The notes beneath the pieces were generated by a model, which was given only the letters and a program-made list of their open reading frames with translations, was not told the DNA's origin and made no database searches. Below, in pieces: positions 1 through 11,939 of a stretch of DNA of 64,000 nt. The position numbers and the translations under genes were made by a program. This stretch comes from Mayamaea pseudoterrestris. Taxonomy: Eukaryota. Every line of letters begins with the position of its first letter. Position 1 is the stretch's first letter. The DNA lies in assembly GCA_027923505.1 (NCBI GenBank), contig BROI01000005.1:124001-188000 (forward strand), read 5' to 3'.

Positions 1-565
1 ACCGCGTTGACGGCAGTGGAAATACAACGGCAAAGGTGACAACACCATAAAACGCCAAGACGGCCCCAAGCTGATTGCCTCCAAGTACATCAATCCAGAC
101 AAAATAGGTGGAATGCAAGAGAAACAGCAGCGACATGGAGAACCAAACGAGTTTATCCCACGTAACGGCAGCATTGGCGACTTCCGGCGACTCTAACTCC
201 TCATCCTCGTAGTAGTACTCCTCATCGTCGGATGCATACTCCAAGGCCTTTCCAATTTCGCCGTTCGAGTTGCTCCTCAGTATGGAATCATTCTGTATGA
301 TACTTGATTCCGTCCCTCGATGCCTCTTGCCGCTATTATGATCCGACTGTGACTGTGACGATGAAAGCTCATTCTCCTTGGCTTCCAGCAGCAACACATC
401 ATGCTTGAGCACCTTGGCGTAATTAATGCCAAACATGCGATAGTAAAAAATGTTCATGCCCCATAGTGCCACGGAAGCAATGAGAACGGTCGGGCTCCGC
501 ATCATGGCGTGGGCAGGCCCCGAGCCATTGCCAAAAATTTCTCCCACCTCCTGCGTGGCGGACAT
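1..565 (-). CDS. EXS-family (ERD1/XPR1/SYG1-like) membrane protein, 5' part; runs off the window start
   Basis: Manual translation from ATG at 565 is open to base 1: MSATQEVG...IASVALWGMNIFYYRMFGINYAKVLK...WDKLVWFSMSLLFLLH. The LWGxN...GINY motif followed by TM helices is typical of EXS proteins. Not in the ORF track. Confidence 0.7.
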   Translation of the reverse strand, partial: MSATQEVGEIFGNGSGPAHAMMRSPTVLIASVALWGMNIFYYRMFGINYAKVLKHDVLLLEAKENELSSSQSQSDHNSGKRHRGTESSIIQNDSILRSNSNGEIGKALEYASDDEEYYYEDEELESPEVANAAVTWDKLVWFSMSLLFLLHSTYFVWIDVLGGNQLGAVLAFYGVVTFAVVFPLPSTR

Positions 566-1115
566 GGTTGTTACTGAGGTTGTGAAACTGAGACACTACT
601 AAAGACTTGGCGATCTGGACTTTTCTCTTATTAGCTTCGTTCAATAACGGATTAAAAGTATCTCCCTGTGAATTTTTAATGGCTCTTGAAGTTGATTGAT
701 GGTTGATGGTTTGCGTTTACTGTGCTGATATTGATCGCTCGTTCAGCAGCAAGAAGCGGAGTGACGAACACGACTATGCTCCGTCACCAAGGTAAGCGAG
801 GAGCTCAATTAAAAAACTTGTAGTAAGCTTAGTCGCGAGCCAATTGTAGTTGGAGGGGGAAGGGCAGATTCCCATGGTCGTCGAGGCGCGCGAGGTGGAA
901 AGCCGTTTTCGTCGCGAGAGCGTTTTCATCCCACGCCAGCAATCGTGTACCGGTACGATAATCGGCGTCGTACCGTTACAAAATCGTCTTACGGTAGTCA
1001 AAATAGAATTCGAATCGTGATCGAGATCTTTGCTGCGACAGCTTGCTTCGAATAGAAGCAACTTGGATCATTATCTGCCCCAAAACAAAGTTTGCTCTCT
1101 CTCTGCAATTGAACA

Positions 1116-2075
1116 ATGGCTTCACGCGAGTACTACGATATCTTGAAACAGGCAAAAATCCACATGGATAAGCACGAGCACCGCCAGGCAGCCGACGTGT
1201 TTTGGAACTCCTTTTGCGCCTGCCCCTCACATTGGTCGCTTGGTCGGTACGATATCTTTACCTACTATACGGAGATTTTGATTGACGGCCGCGTCCAGCC
1301 TACTCACAATGATGTTGAGAACCTGCGAAGCGTACTGGACGACGAAACGGAAGTTGGCATCTTTCGAATCAACGCTGGAACGATTTTGGCGAGTGTTTCC
1401 GGCAACGCGTTCAACGAGTTTGAGGATGCGGCTGACTACTTTCGACAGGCAATCAGTCTAGCTGATGCCGTGTCCAAGAAGGAGCTGCGGAAATGCAAAG
1501 GAATTTTCATCAACCCTGCCCATGACGCTCAATCAATCGTGCAGGACATGCGAGACAACTGTGCGACGAATCTAAAGGGCATGGAGAATCCCATAACTGT
1601 GCCAGTTATGCGCGGCGATGCGACGGAACGACCTCCACCATTAAAGATGCAAACGTCTGACGGAATTTCGTTTGAAGTCCAGCCGGATTATGTGGTGTTT
1701 CCAAACGTGGCTGACATGGAAGGACGACTCGCTACGGGCGGCAAGGAGTGTGATTTTTGCAAAAAGACGCTTGCCCAACTTGGCATTCCTAGGCTCAGCA
1801 CGTGCACACGATGCAAAATGACATACTATTGCTCCAAAGAGTGTCAGAAAGCTGCATGGAAGGCAGGCCACAAGACTGCTTGCCGCGAGCCGAATCAACG
1901 TGTACGAGGCGACGTTATGCAATTAAAGGAGCATGGCAATGAACTTTCGCAAGTTGTCACCTTGGTGGAGGAGCAGCCGAATAAGCAGTGGAAAGTCACG
2001 ACCATGTTGTTTTGTCGTCCCAAGACCCTCATTGTTGACTCTGACCAGCTTGTCCACATTCGGCCTACGAAATGA
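1116..2075 (+). CDS. MYND zinc-finger protein with helical (TPR-like) N-terminus
   Basis: CDFC...CTRCKMTYYCSKECQKAAWKAGHKTAC is a canonical zf-MYND; intronless 319 aa ORF. Confidence 0.85.
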   Translation: MASREYYDILKQAKIHMDKHEHRQAADVFWNSFCACPSHWSLGRYDIFTYYTEILIDGRVQPTHNDVENLRSVLDDETEVGIFRINAGTILASVSGNAFNEFEDAADYFRQAISLADAVSKKELRKCKGIFINPAHDAQSIVQDMRDNCATNLKGMENPITVPVMRGDATERPPPLKMQTSDGISFEVQPDYVVFPNVADMEGRLATGGKECDFCKKTLAQLGIPRLSTCTRCKMTYYCSKECQKAAWKAGHKTACREPNQRVRGDVMQLKEHGNELSQVVTLVEEQPNKQWKVTTMLFCRPKTLIVDSDQLVHIRPTK

Positions 2076-2214
2076 GGCTAGACTGTCTGAATCATTTATT
2101 GAGATACCGTACGTTTGCTCACACAAGACGTTTAGTTGTATAGGTAAACATCGTCGTCAAAAGTGCTCTAGCAGTGTAATAATTCGGTAAATCATTTATA
2201 ATGAGCTCGAAACA

Positions 2215-4505
2215 TTACTTCAAACCGTATAATGTCTTATCTCCATTGATCGACAACAGTAAGGCCGTTTCAGTTTCTTCCTCGTCTCCAGCCGCCGCCA
2301 GCGCTGCAAGCCTTTCCTGCTCGCGCTTTTGCTCCCTCAGCTCCCTTCTTCTACGCCAACGTCGTCTCGCTCCGCGGGAAAGTATCCAAAAGGCAACAAA
2401 AGTACATGCGATGCTTATAAAGCCAAGCGAGTATGCGTGATGGCCATCGATCCACGTTGTTGCCGACAAACATTTCAAGTTCCTCCCGAGTCCAAAGCGA
2501 AAACAAAAGTCAGATAGTGGACCACGATCCTCGACATAGCCAGGAATTGCAAAGCGCTTTGCACGGTCGCCACTCAGCAGCTGACCACCCAAGGCGACGC
2601 TCGGGCTACGAGCTATCCCGCAAATACCTGGAGTTCCTTTTCGACCATCGCCCCGGATCATTTTGATGTACCCATTGATGCCCCACCCAGTGCCCCAACT
2701 GTTGCGAGCAATCCAGTATCTTGTAACGCTTCCATCCAACTGTATCTCTTGGTCATAGCCAGTGATTAACAGAGCGTGGTTGGCGCCCTGCTTGCAGTGG
2801 CTGCGATCAAAAATGCCGCCGCTATAGGATCGAAAGGCAGGGTCAGCACCATTCACGCCGACGGCAATGGGACCAATGTTTCGCAGAACCAGTTCCATGT
2901 GGTCCTCATGGTTCGGCGAAATAATGCCCCAGGATTGTACCGTCGCCATGGGTGCCTTTACCAAGTCCTTTCGACACTTTTCTTCCATACCAACGTAGGG
3001 ATAGTTGGCAGAGCTTGTAAGTCCGTATCGATGGATAAAGTAAAACGCAAGCAACGGATTGCCACCAGTGCATCCCTGATCCGCCGACTGATCACAATCA
3101 ATCAGTTCCTGCACTGACAAGTCCAATTCATGAAAGGTTTCCATCTCCACCTGTCGCGCATATTCAATGGATTTTTCGCGGAGCGTGCCATTGACGAAAT
3201 CATCCGGACTGCGGCTCGCCAAGGCGGTTTGAAACGCTTCATTGGCCTCTCGTCGAGCGGCGCTTGCCTCGAGCGAACCAGTCGCGGCCAAGGCCCAGCA
3301 TGATCCGCAAAGGCCCTGCGAAATAGACGAGATGGAAGAGAAGAGATTATGTGAGACAAGCAAGAAATGGCGCCAAACATAGCAGCCGCAACATGCAACA
3401 TGACACACACCTGATCGATTGACGCATGCACTATTGGTACACCATCCGGATTGTTGGTCGTTGACCAGTCAATTCGCGTGGCAAAGGCGTCGTTGTCAGT
3501 ATGGTCAGTCGTTTGCCATGCATGGTCATCGTCATGGCGAGTCGTATCGTCACTATTTGTTCCGTGCTTGGCACTCCGTTTCTTCTTTTTCTTCTTCTTG
3601 ATCGACAAGACAGTCCCATCCAATGTTGGATCAGACATTTGGGGCGTTTCAAATATGACGGGCGCTCCGCTCGACGGAACGCGCAGCTTGGCGTTTGGCG
3701 CAGCACGCGACGAATGCTTGCGGCCGTGTTTCTTGGTATGCAAGGCATTCATCGAGCCCTTTCCAATGCCAAGGTTGGCAGTGAGATGTAATATAGTGTC
3801 GACTGAAGTCAGTTCCGTCAATATGCCAATGTCAATGGAGCTTTGGTCGTGGCTGGCGGCGGTCAATGATGCGGCGAGGCCTTCCCAGTCAATGACTGTC
3901 TGCTGTTGCAAAGACAGGAGTCCACGTAAGTGGCGATGGAAAAGATGATCATGTTCGTCTTCTTCTTCATCTGGAGCATCTTCCTCGTGATCGTAATCGG
4001 AAAAGCGGTTCAAGGAAAGCTTCATCAAGCTAGTGTTGCGTTGATTGTGATCATACACCAAGCCGACGGATCGCAGAAAATTGACATAACGATTCTGAAC
4101 CACAGAATCTGCTTCTATGGAAACATCAATGTCGCGACCATAATGGGCGGCATGCTGTCTAAACAATCTCAAGCAGTTAGCATCTTCTGCATGGTCTTGT
4201 TCGTAGTCCATGGCGTCTAACAGCAGTTCCTCGTCACTCTGATCAAGTCCACCAGGTAACGTCAACTCGTCTTCTCTCGCATCGTTTGCAGATTGCGCAG
4301 TCTTGGAAGTGGCGCATGCCTCCAAAAGCGCTACCGAATATTGAAAGGGTCGCTCGGTCATGCTCAAACCAAGCAAACTATCAAGGCAGGCAGTAGCAAT
4401 TGTGATGGGTGTTGGTTTCGCGCGAAGTTTTTCGTCGCATGGTGCGGAAGTTCGATCGTCGGAACGAGCGAGTACCGTAGCGAGTTTGAAAAGAGAAGTA
4501 TTCAC
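2215..4505 (-). CDS. Papain-family (C1A) cysteine protease with I29-like prodomain and C-terminal TM helix; intron 3316-3410; start codon uncertain
   Basis: Splicing restores DQ|GLCGSCWA (oxyanion Gln and catalytic Cys). Also LSVQELIDCD, GCTGG, NHALL (His), WIARNSWG (Asn), and LSLNRFSD in the prodomain. Confidence 0.9.
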
Positions 4506-4990
4506 GATCGTCTGTATGGGTGTCTTCGTTAGTTTAACCTAAGCGAGCCTATACTGGAATACAGGCATCACTCGATTGCCGCTGCTGATCAACTTGGTAG
4601 GTACTTCATTGAAAGTTCCCTCAACCGTCTAATCTGCAGACAAGACTTCGACCAGCGTGCTATCATTTCGCCCCATGGCAGCCATTCGTCTCACTCTTCA
4701 ATTTCTGGTCTACACTCTTTGTCATCCCATCAGAGAGCAACCATACAGACTGCTGCTTGTTGACGTATATGAATCTAAGAGCTGATTCCATAATGACGCG
4801 CTACGGCAGTGCTCCAATGGGTACCAAAAGGAGGCAAGCACAATTTGACAACTTTGCCGCGAGCGAAAGGGCTCCAACAAAACACAAATATATCAGACTA
4901 GAGGAAATGAAGTTACAATATGACGAGGTCTTGATTTAACCAGTGTTTATCAGAACTTGCTTCATTAGAAGCATAAATTTCCTTTCAGAG

Positions 4991-5423
4991 TTACCATCCA
5001 TCCTTCTTTTCCGGATTCGACCACTCTGGCTGAACCTGTCCCATATCCTTCTTGATAATGGTATTGTAGTAGTCGGTGGCTTCCTTGCGGCAGTTTTCGT
5101 AGTGGTTCACGCCCTCCTTGCGGTAGCAGTGAATGACGCGCTGACGGAGGATCTTGACGGTTTCGTAGGCGACTTGTCGCTCCCGAGCTCGTTGTTCAAC
5201 ATCATGCAAGTATCCAACAGGATCCTTGGCACGGCCGCGCTATAATAGAATATAATTGAATAGTAGTTGATGAGTGTATATGCTCACGAGAGAAAGACTA
5301 ACGTGAAGTACAAAAGTCGTCTCGTCGTCGTCAGTCACAATCACTAACCTCTGGTCGTTCAACATGCGGATACGGTTTCAATGTCCCTTCATACAGTTTG
5401 GGTTCATCATACATGCCACTCAT
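4991..5423 (-). CDS. NDUFB10: Mitochondrial complex I accessory subunit NDUFB10 (PDSW); intron 5240-5348
   Basis: Spliced MSGMYDEPK...RPE|RGRAKDPVGYL...KILRQRVIHCYRKEGVNHYENCR. The CYRxEGVNH..C motif is characteristic of NDUFB10. Confidence 0.85.
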
Positions 5424-6033
5424 GGTTGATTTCGTTTTCTGACAGAGGTGAAGGGCAACACTGCTAGACGATGACTTTCGGATCAAATCTCATGGTCGAT
5501 TGGAGAGGCTGCCAATCGTCACGTCAGTCGACGTCACACTGAGTACCGATACGATAGTTGCTACCTCAAACAAAGAACGATTGCGCCGCCAGTTTGTAGC
5601 ATACGAAGTAGGTTCGCTTATGAAATGCACGTTATGGCTATCCAAATTTCACTAATCTTCACCCATTTATGGCGGCCTAGGTAGCTGGATCTCGCTCCGC
5701 AACGTGTGTGAAACTCCGAGCCACGGGAGTCATCCTCAGCTCGTCCTTGGTGCTGCTGCAATCGTTCCTGCAACCTTGATACAAAAAGCGGCTTTGATGT
5801 TATATCATTTGCGAAACTGCTGCCGGGCGTGCTGAAGTCGTGCATGAAGCAGTCAGTTTAGCTATCCTATAGAAGTACGTAGCTACTTTCTCATTTTGAT
5901 AGCGACTACCAAGTTGACTTTGTCTGCCTTTATCAAGAGCTACTGTATTGCTATTGCTTGAGGACGGGGATAATCCTAGATAAATCATAAGCAACCAAAC
6001 TGCTAAATGGCTGCTGCTGAGTGTGAGTTGCCG

Positions 6034-7954
6034 CTATTCATCGTCCGCGCTCGCCCCAAAGGCACTTGTTCGTTGAATCGTACCCGTCATAACTAAAGCA
6101 CCCAAGATAAGCAGACCCAGCACGACGACACCGCCCATAGTGCCAGTCACAACCGGCATGAAATAACCATCTACCCCTTCACCAGGTACACCAATATTCA
6201 TGCCGAGAAATGATCCAACGACAGACGCTGCCGTCAGACACAGTGCAACCGTGGTCAAAAGCATATTCGCCAACAGAATCTTATTCCGCGTCGCATCAAG
6301 CTGCTGCTCCCACAAATCAGAGGCAGATTCAATCTTTCCTTGTATGAGGTCTAGAGTATTCATCAAGGAATAACCGTGTTGCAAATGCGACTCTAGTATC
6401 AGCTCTGGTTCATCGGATTCATTCTCGAGCGTCTGGGGGGAGACCGGCTGCACAAAGTTCTCAGGATGCGTCAATAGCCGCGAAAGATTCATCAAGGCCA
6501 TGTCCTCATCTAGACAAAATGAGGAAGAGTAGTTGAGCGCCCGTCATAGTTGCAACAGACGCATTCGTTAATGCCCTGCCACAAGTCAACACTCACCCTC
6601 ATTTAACGTTCGCGTCATTGACGCGCAAAACCCCTTCACGCGAGAAGACATTTCCCGCCTTCCATCCTTGATAATGCGAACAATCTTGAAATGATCGTCT
6701 CCAATGTTTTTTTGCTCCAGGATCTGATCGATATACTGATGCGACATGTCAACAAGTTCCGCCGTGTCCCTAGCAAGCAACTCGTTCATACAAAACAGGA
6801 TAGAGTCTGTGGCTTGTAACTCAAACGGTAAATGAATCCAGTCACGACGATTCATTTCAATCCACTCCGAAGCATGGTGACTGTCACCATCACTGAAGAA
6901 TGATTCGCTATCAATATCGTCAGTCGTCTCATCCCCCATGGACGAGTCACCGCGAGAGAATCGAGATGCATGTAGACGCAACTTCCCAAACACATTCTTG
7001 GACTGACGCAGCTTCTCGTCTCCAGTCACCGGTGGTCCATTCCCATCTTGCTTCGTGCGGCCGACGGTCGAGCTTCCGACTCCTTCCGCATGCTTTCCAT
7101 GAAACGTCGTTACCAAATGGTCGACGAGCCACGACGCCTCCGTCTCGTCGTCTGGCAAAATCACGAGCATGCGCTCACGAAGGACTCTTTGAATAAGAGA
7201 CAGAAGTATTAGCAACAGCAGAAATAACCGATTAAGAAAGGCTCAACGAATCAACGTACATGACGCGGACAGGAGTAAAATTAAACAGCATAACGTGCCG
7301 TCGAACAATGAGTTCAGGTTCGTTGGAAGCTGACACAGGAGTTATCAAGCGCCTCATATCTCGAGGATGCAAATACCCGCCTAGTCGCTCATGATATGTC
7401 ACCTTGCTGGTCTTTCTGCCATGCGAGTGCATCGTTTCAGACGGTCTGCCAGTGGGTTGAAGAGAACTTCGTGGTGGAACTGGCGGCAAGCCTTCAGCAG
7501 CAGAATGAGGCGAATCTTGATGCGAGACTGTCGACGGAACATTGCCATCATTGACGTCTCGTGGATGCAAGTCGTGTCGACTGCCATCGGCAGGTCTGCC
7601 TGTAATGCATTCCATCACATACTTGTACAGTCCGCGGATGGTGAAGGAATGATGCGCAATCACACCATCCTTCATCAACTCGAACACGGGCATTTCGTCT
7701 AGTCTCTCCTGGAGAAATTCTGCAGTTTCTCCCACTTGAACACTGTTCAGAGGTAAAGCAGTAGCCTGCGTCAGCAAGAGTGGTCATGTTAGTGTACAGA
7801 CGAGACATTTTAAATTAAATGCCAGCGTGCAGCGCAAACAATCACTCACCCCTTCCTTCCTTGACGATGGTTGGGAAATAGCCTTGAGCGCTATGAGTCT
7901 CCGAACGGGTCCTTGAATGTCTTTTCGCGACTTTGTTTTCCGAAGAGCGTCCAT
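6034..7954 (-). CDS. MRS2: MRS2/CorA-family Mg2+ transporter, about 4 exons
   Basis: HPRDMRRL, LPFELQA, DEDMALMNLS (joined across an intron), LDATRNKIL, and the GMN signature between two C-terminal TM helices. Confidence 0.9.
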
Positions 7955-8703
7955 GATTGCGCAAAGAATCAAAGTTTAACGGCGTCGAGTCTAGCTGAAA
8001 ATGGTGCTGGCAGCAGTGCTTATTCCCGACCAGTCAAAACTTGTAAGAAGATACTAAATCCAACATAAGAAAATACATGAGAACATTACTCAGTTTGGAA
8101 AAAGATACAAATTCTTGCAACAGGAAAATGTCAATGTCCGTCAACGGGTGCGTGACACCGAAACGAAGTTGCAACGTTTCGCCAGCATCAATAGGAGCAA
8201 CGTATCAACTGTTCCTCCAGCACATTGACGAGAAGTTCCAAGTCCTTAAGTACTTGCGCAACTCTTAAAGGTCCCATGCATGCAAAACGTGCAAGGTGCC
8301 TCATTGATTGTCATGTTGCCGCGCGCATTTACCGAATGTCTGTGCTAGAGCCCAGATTGCTCCGATTCAATTCTCATGAAGAACGGTCTATACAAAACGC
8401 GGCTTTGATGAATTGTAATGGGCGCTTGTACTCACTTTTAGTCAATCTGCATCGACAAGCAAACTATGTTGTAATGAATCCTCATGGTCAATGATGATGA
8501 TCATCCATCGTTCATCGCAGGCAGTTGGTATTTGTCGTACCACTACCCAACGTCAATCCCGCAGCGACTTTTGAACTTCCACCACGCCAGCCAGCGTGCG
8601 TTGCAGCGCGGGTGACGTACGATCGTGCCTGCACACACAACCCTCGAATCCATTCTTTTGGATCTCTGGTTCATCTTTCCGGCAACTCTTTCTCTTCTCC
8701 ACC

Positions 8704-10253
8704 ATGGCCTCCTTGAACGAACTCGTCCCTCCCGGCGTCGTCACGGGCGACAATCTGCTGGTCCTCTTCAAGCATGCCCGCGACAATGGATACGCCATTC
8801 CGGCCGTCAACTGCACATCGTAAGTGCGAGTGTTGTTCGTTCGTTCGACAGCTGCTTGTTGAACCTTGGAAACGACTGCTGACAAATATGTATGCGCAAG
8901 CGACCATGATTTTGGCTATATAATTCTGTAACGAGCGTGTGTCTCTTCATCCGTTCCACCATGCTGTTGCTGCTGTTACATCCTGTTGCATTAACGACCT
9001 ATTGCTTGTAACTATTTGAACAGTTCATCGACTGCCAACGCCTGCTTGGAAGCTGCCAAAAAGGCCAAGTCGCCCGTCATTATCCAAGTCTCCAATGGAG
9101 GTGGCGCCTTTTTGGCCGGAAAGGCTGTCAAGGATCCCAACGCTGCCGCCGTTGGGTCGGTGGCGCTCGCCATGCACATTCGCTCCGTCGCTGCCTACTA
9201 TGGCATTCCAGTGGTGATTCACTCGGATCATTGCGCCAAAAAGGTAATATGACTACTCTTGCTATATGCTGCACCGATTCCTCCAAGTTTTATATGACTA
9301 TATCTCACACAACAAGCCTATTATAGCTCCTTCCCTGGTTCGACGGCATGCTCGACGCCGACAAGGAATTCTTCGACAAGTACGGAGAGCCCTTGTTTGG
9401 ATCGCACATGCTTGATCTTTCGGAGGAGCCCGATGAAGAAAACATTGCCATTTGCGTCGAGTATTTTAAAAAGATGGCGCCCATGAAGATTTGGTTGGAA
9501 ATGGAGATTGGTATTACTGGAGGTGAAGAAGACGGCGTCAACAACGAGGGTATTGATCCGGAGAAGCTGTACACGTCTCCCGAGCAGGTTTACTCCGTCT
9601 ACGAGTCGCTTTCCAAGATTTCGCCCATGTTTAGTATCGCGGCTGCCTTTGGAAACGTTCACGGTGTCTACAAGCCGGGCAACGTCAAGCTCAGCCCCGA
9701 GCGCCTTGGCCACCACCAGGCGCACACGAAGAAAATGATTGGTAGCGGTTTGGAAAAACCAATCTTTTTGGTCATGCATGGAGGATCTGGTAGCACGGAT
9801 GATGAAATCAAGACGGCCGTCAGCAATGGTGTCATCAAGATGAACATTGATACCGACACTCAATGGTAAGTTCGCATGATTTTGGGTATGGTTTTTAACC
9901 AGTCTCGTTTTCTGATCCATTTTCTGTCAATATTTAGGTCTTATTGGGATGGTTTGAGAGTCTTTGAAAAGGAGAAGCGCGATTACTTGCAGGCGCAGAT
10001 TGGGAATCCAACGGGAGCGGATAAGCCGAACAAGAAATTCTACGATCCGCGCGTCTGGATTCGCAAGGCCGAGGAGGCAATGGTAACCCGCGTTGAAACT
10101 TCCATGGACAAGCTGAATAGCAAGGGAACGTATGAGCCAAAGACGGAGGGTGCGACGCCTCAGCTGGGATCTCTCAAGAATCCAAATCCCATCACGTTGG
10201 TGTGCCTTGGGGCATTACTTGGGTCGGCGGTCATGCTCATCCTCAAGAAGTAA
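8704..10253 (+). CDS. FBA: Class II fructose-bisphosphate aldolase, cytosolic type, copy 1, with C-terminal hydrophobic tail; exons 8704-8819, 9024-9243, 9327-9865, 9938-10253
   Basis: YAIPAVN, HSDHC, SHMLDLSEE, EMEIGITGGEEDG, AFGNVHGVYKPGNV, MHGGSG, KMNIDTD, PNKKFYDPR. All three GT-AG introns preserve frame. Confidence 0.97.
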
Positions 10254-10661
10254 GTCAAAGCACTTGCATAGTGCTTGTTTTTGCAGTTGAGACTGCTAAC
10301 AGGAATGTCCATATTACCTGTTATATAGTATATTGACAACCACTCTCTCGGAGTTTATAAAAACGCAAGCGATTGTGCCTGTTGTTAGTACCGTGGTTGA
10401 TGAATTGACGGAACTGGCGACGGAACTTTAGTTATTTGTTACTTGTGCCATGTCGTCTACGTATAAATCGTATAGTCAGGGAGGTGTGGCTGACTATAGG
10501 CAAAGGCAAGAAACAATCATTTCAACCTGTCTTGAACGTAGCCACACCAGAGAAGCCTTATGGCAAGAATATAAAAGATGTACGAGTATGACCCTAGCTA
10601 TATCCTAGCACAACCCATTATTATTTGGAGACTGTTCGACCTTGCATTTGAGCCTCTGTCA

Positions 10662-11939
10662 CTAAGCCTGTCGAACATCTGCATCATCGACTTCAGAAAC
10701 GGATTGTGATGGCATGACATCCGTCAGGTGCTCATTGATCGGCAGTATGGCGTCACCGCCACCCTGCGCCGCCCATGGGAGATAAGTCTCCCTTGGCGCC
10801 GCCAACACATGCCAACTTGGCGTTACGGTTAGCCGTGGCTGCCAGCTACCATTTGAGCGCTGACTTGCATTGCTACTGCCTCCATACGACAATGGCACTA
10901 ATCGACCATCGGAACCAATCGTATATAGTGATGGCACGCTCCCGCTATTACCACTAAACGCCATGGCAAGCTGCTGCTGCTGCTCATTTTCATTCTGCAT
11001 TAATCGCTCCGGCAAAACGTCGGTATATTCTTGTCGACAAATGGGGCAGTGTTGCTTCTTGCTGAGCCATCCAATGATGCATTCCGTGTGAAAGACGTGC
11101 GGGCAGTGCGACGACCACGTGACGCGTTCGCCAGGTTCGTATTGCGACAAGCAAATGGCGCACATGGAGGTAACGTTGCGGCCGATTGGTAATCGTAGTA
11201 GCAGTCGATTGGATTCTTCCGCGCCGTCGTTAATGTCGTAATCGATTAAATGTGGGTTGTTCAATCCGCTTTCAAGATCTGTGCGTGCGACTGGCGGCGT
11301 CGTATCATTAACAGTCGCCAGAGCGCCATCTTCTTCCGCGAGCTGCTCTTTTAATGCCAGACGAGTCGTTGCATTGTCGTTTACATCATGTTGAGCCTCC
11401 GTATCGTCTACATCACCAGCAGTAACATCCATCAAGTCATTTTCCGTAACAACCATACTCGTTGCCTGCAATGACTCTGCCAACACTTGTTTACGCATGA
11501 CTGCGTTCGCTTCACTATGCGCCTGCTGCGTCTGCGTCCAGGCGAACCAATGGTTGCGCAGCTGCAGTTGCGTGGCAGCATGCTGTGTTGCGGCGCTGCG
11601 ATCCATGGCGCGCCGCCGCCCAAAGGCGCAGCAGGCGGGAACGACGCAGCAAAGCAGCAGAAACAAGTACCACGCCAAGAATGCGACAAATTCAAATGCT
11701 TCATTGTCGGTAGAGTCGTTATTGTTGTTAGTGTTGGTGCCATTTTTTGTTGCGTTCGTGCCATTGCTGCTGCTGTCAGTTTGGTTATAAGTGCTGTTGC
11801 TGGATGCGCCTGTCGCGTTTTCACTGCCAATCTCCATCGTCGTGCTTTCATTCTGCTGACTAGCAGCGAAAGCCTGCATCAAAAAGGCTGCCAGCCAACA
11901 TATTTTTGCCAGCGAAACGTTTCGGTTCATCATTTTCAT
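10662..11939 (-). CDS. Type I membrane RING-H2 E3 ligase (ATL-like), copy 1
   Basis: Signal peptide, N-glycosylation-rich ectodomain, TM with Cys cluster, and CAICL...CPHVFHTECIIGWL...CPICR. Confidence 0.9.
   Translation of the reverse strand: MKMMNRNVSLAKICWLAAFLMQAFAASQQNESTTMEIGSENATGASSNSTYNQTDSSSNGTNATKNGTNTNNNNDSTDNEAFEFVAFLAWYLFLLLCCVVPACCAFGRRRAMDRSAATQHAATQLQLRNHWFAWTQTQQAHSEANAVMRKQVLAESLQATSMVVTENDLMDVTAGDVDDTEAQHDVNDNATTRLALKEQLAEEDGALATVNDTTPPVARTDLESGLNNPHLIDYDINDGAEESNRLLLRLPIGRNVTSMCAICLSQYEPGERVTWSSHCPHVFHTECIIGWLSKKQHCPICRQEYTDVLPERLMQNENEQQQQLAMAFSGNSGSVPSLYTIGSDGRLVPLSYGGSSNASQRSNGSWQPRLTVTPSWHVLAAPRETYLPWAAQGGGDAILPINEHLTDVMPSQSVSEVDDADVRQA

Noticed and set aside
9321..9920. 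199 aa antisense ORF over FBA (also 18448-18990)
   Set aside because: Shadow of a highly biased coding exon; its start and length differ between the two copies.
8704..10253. Recent bacterial horizontal transfer of an FbaA-like aldolase
   Set aside because: It has three spliceosomal introns, and class II aldolases are established in diatoms.
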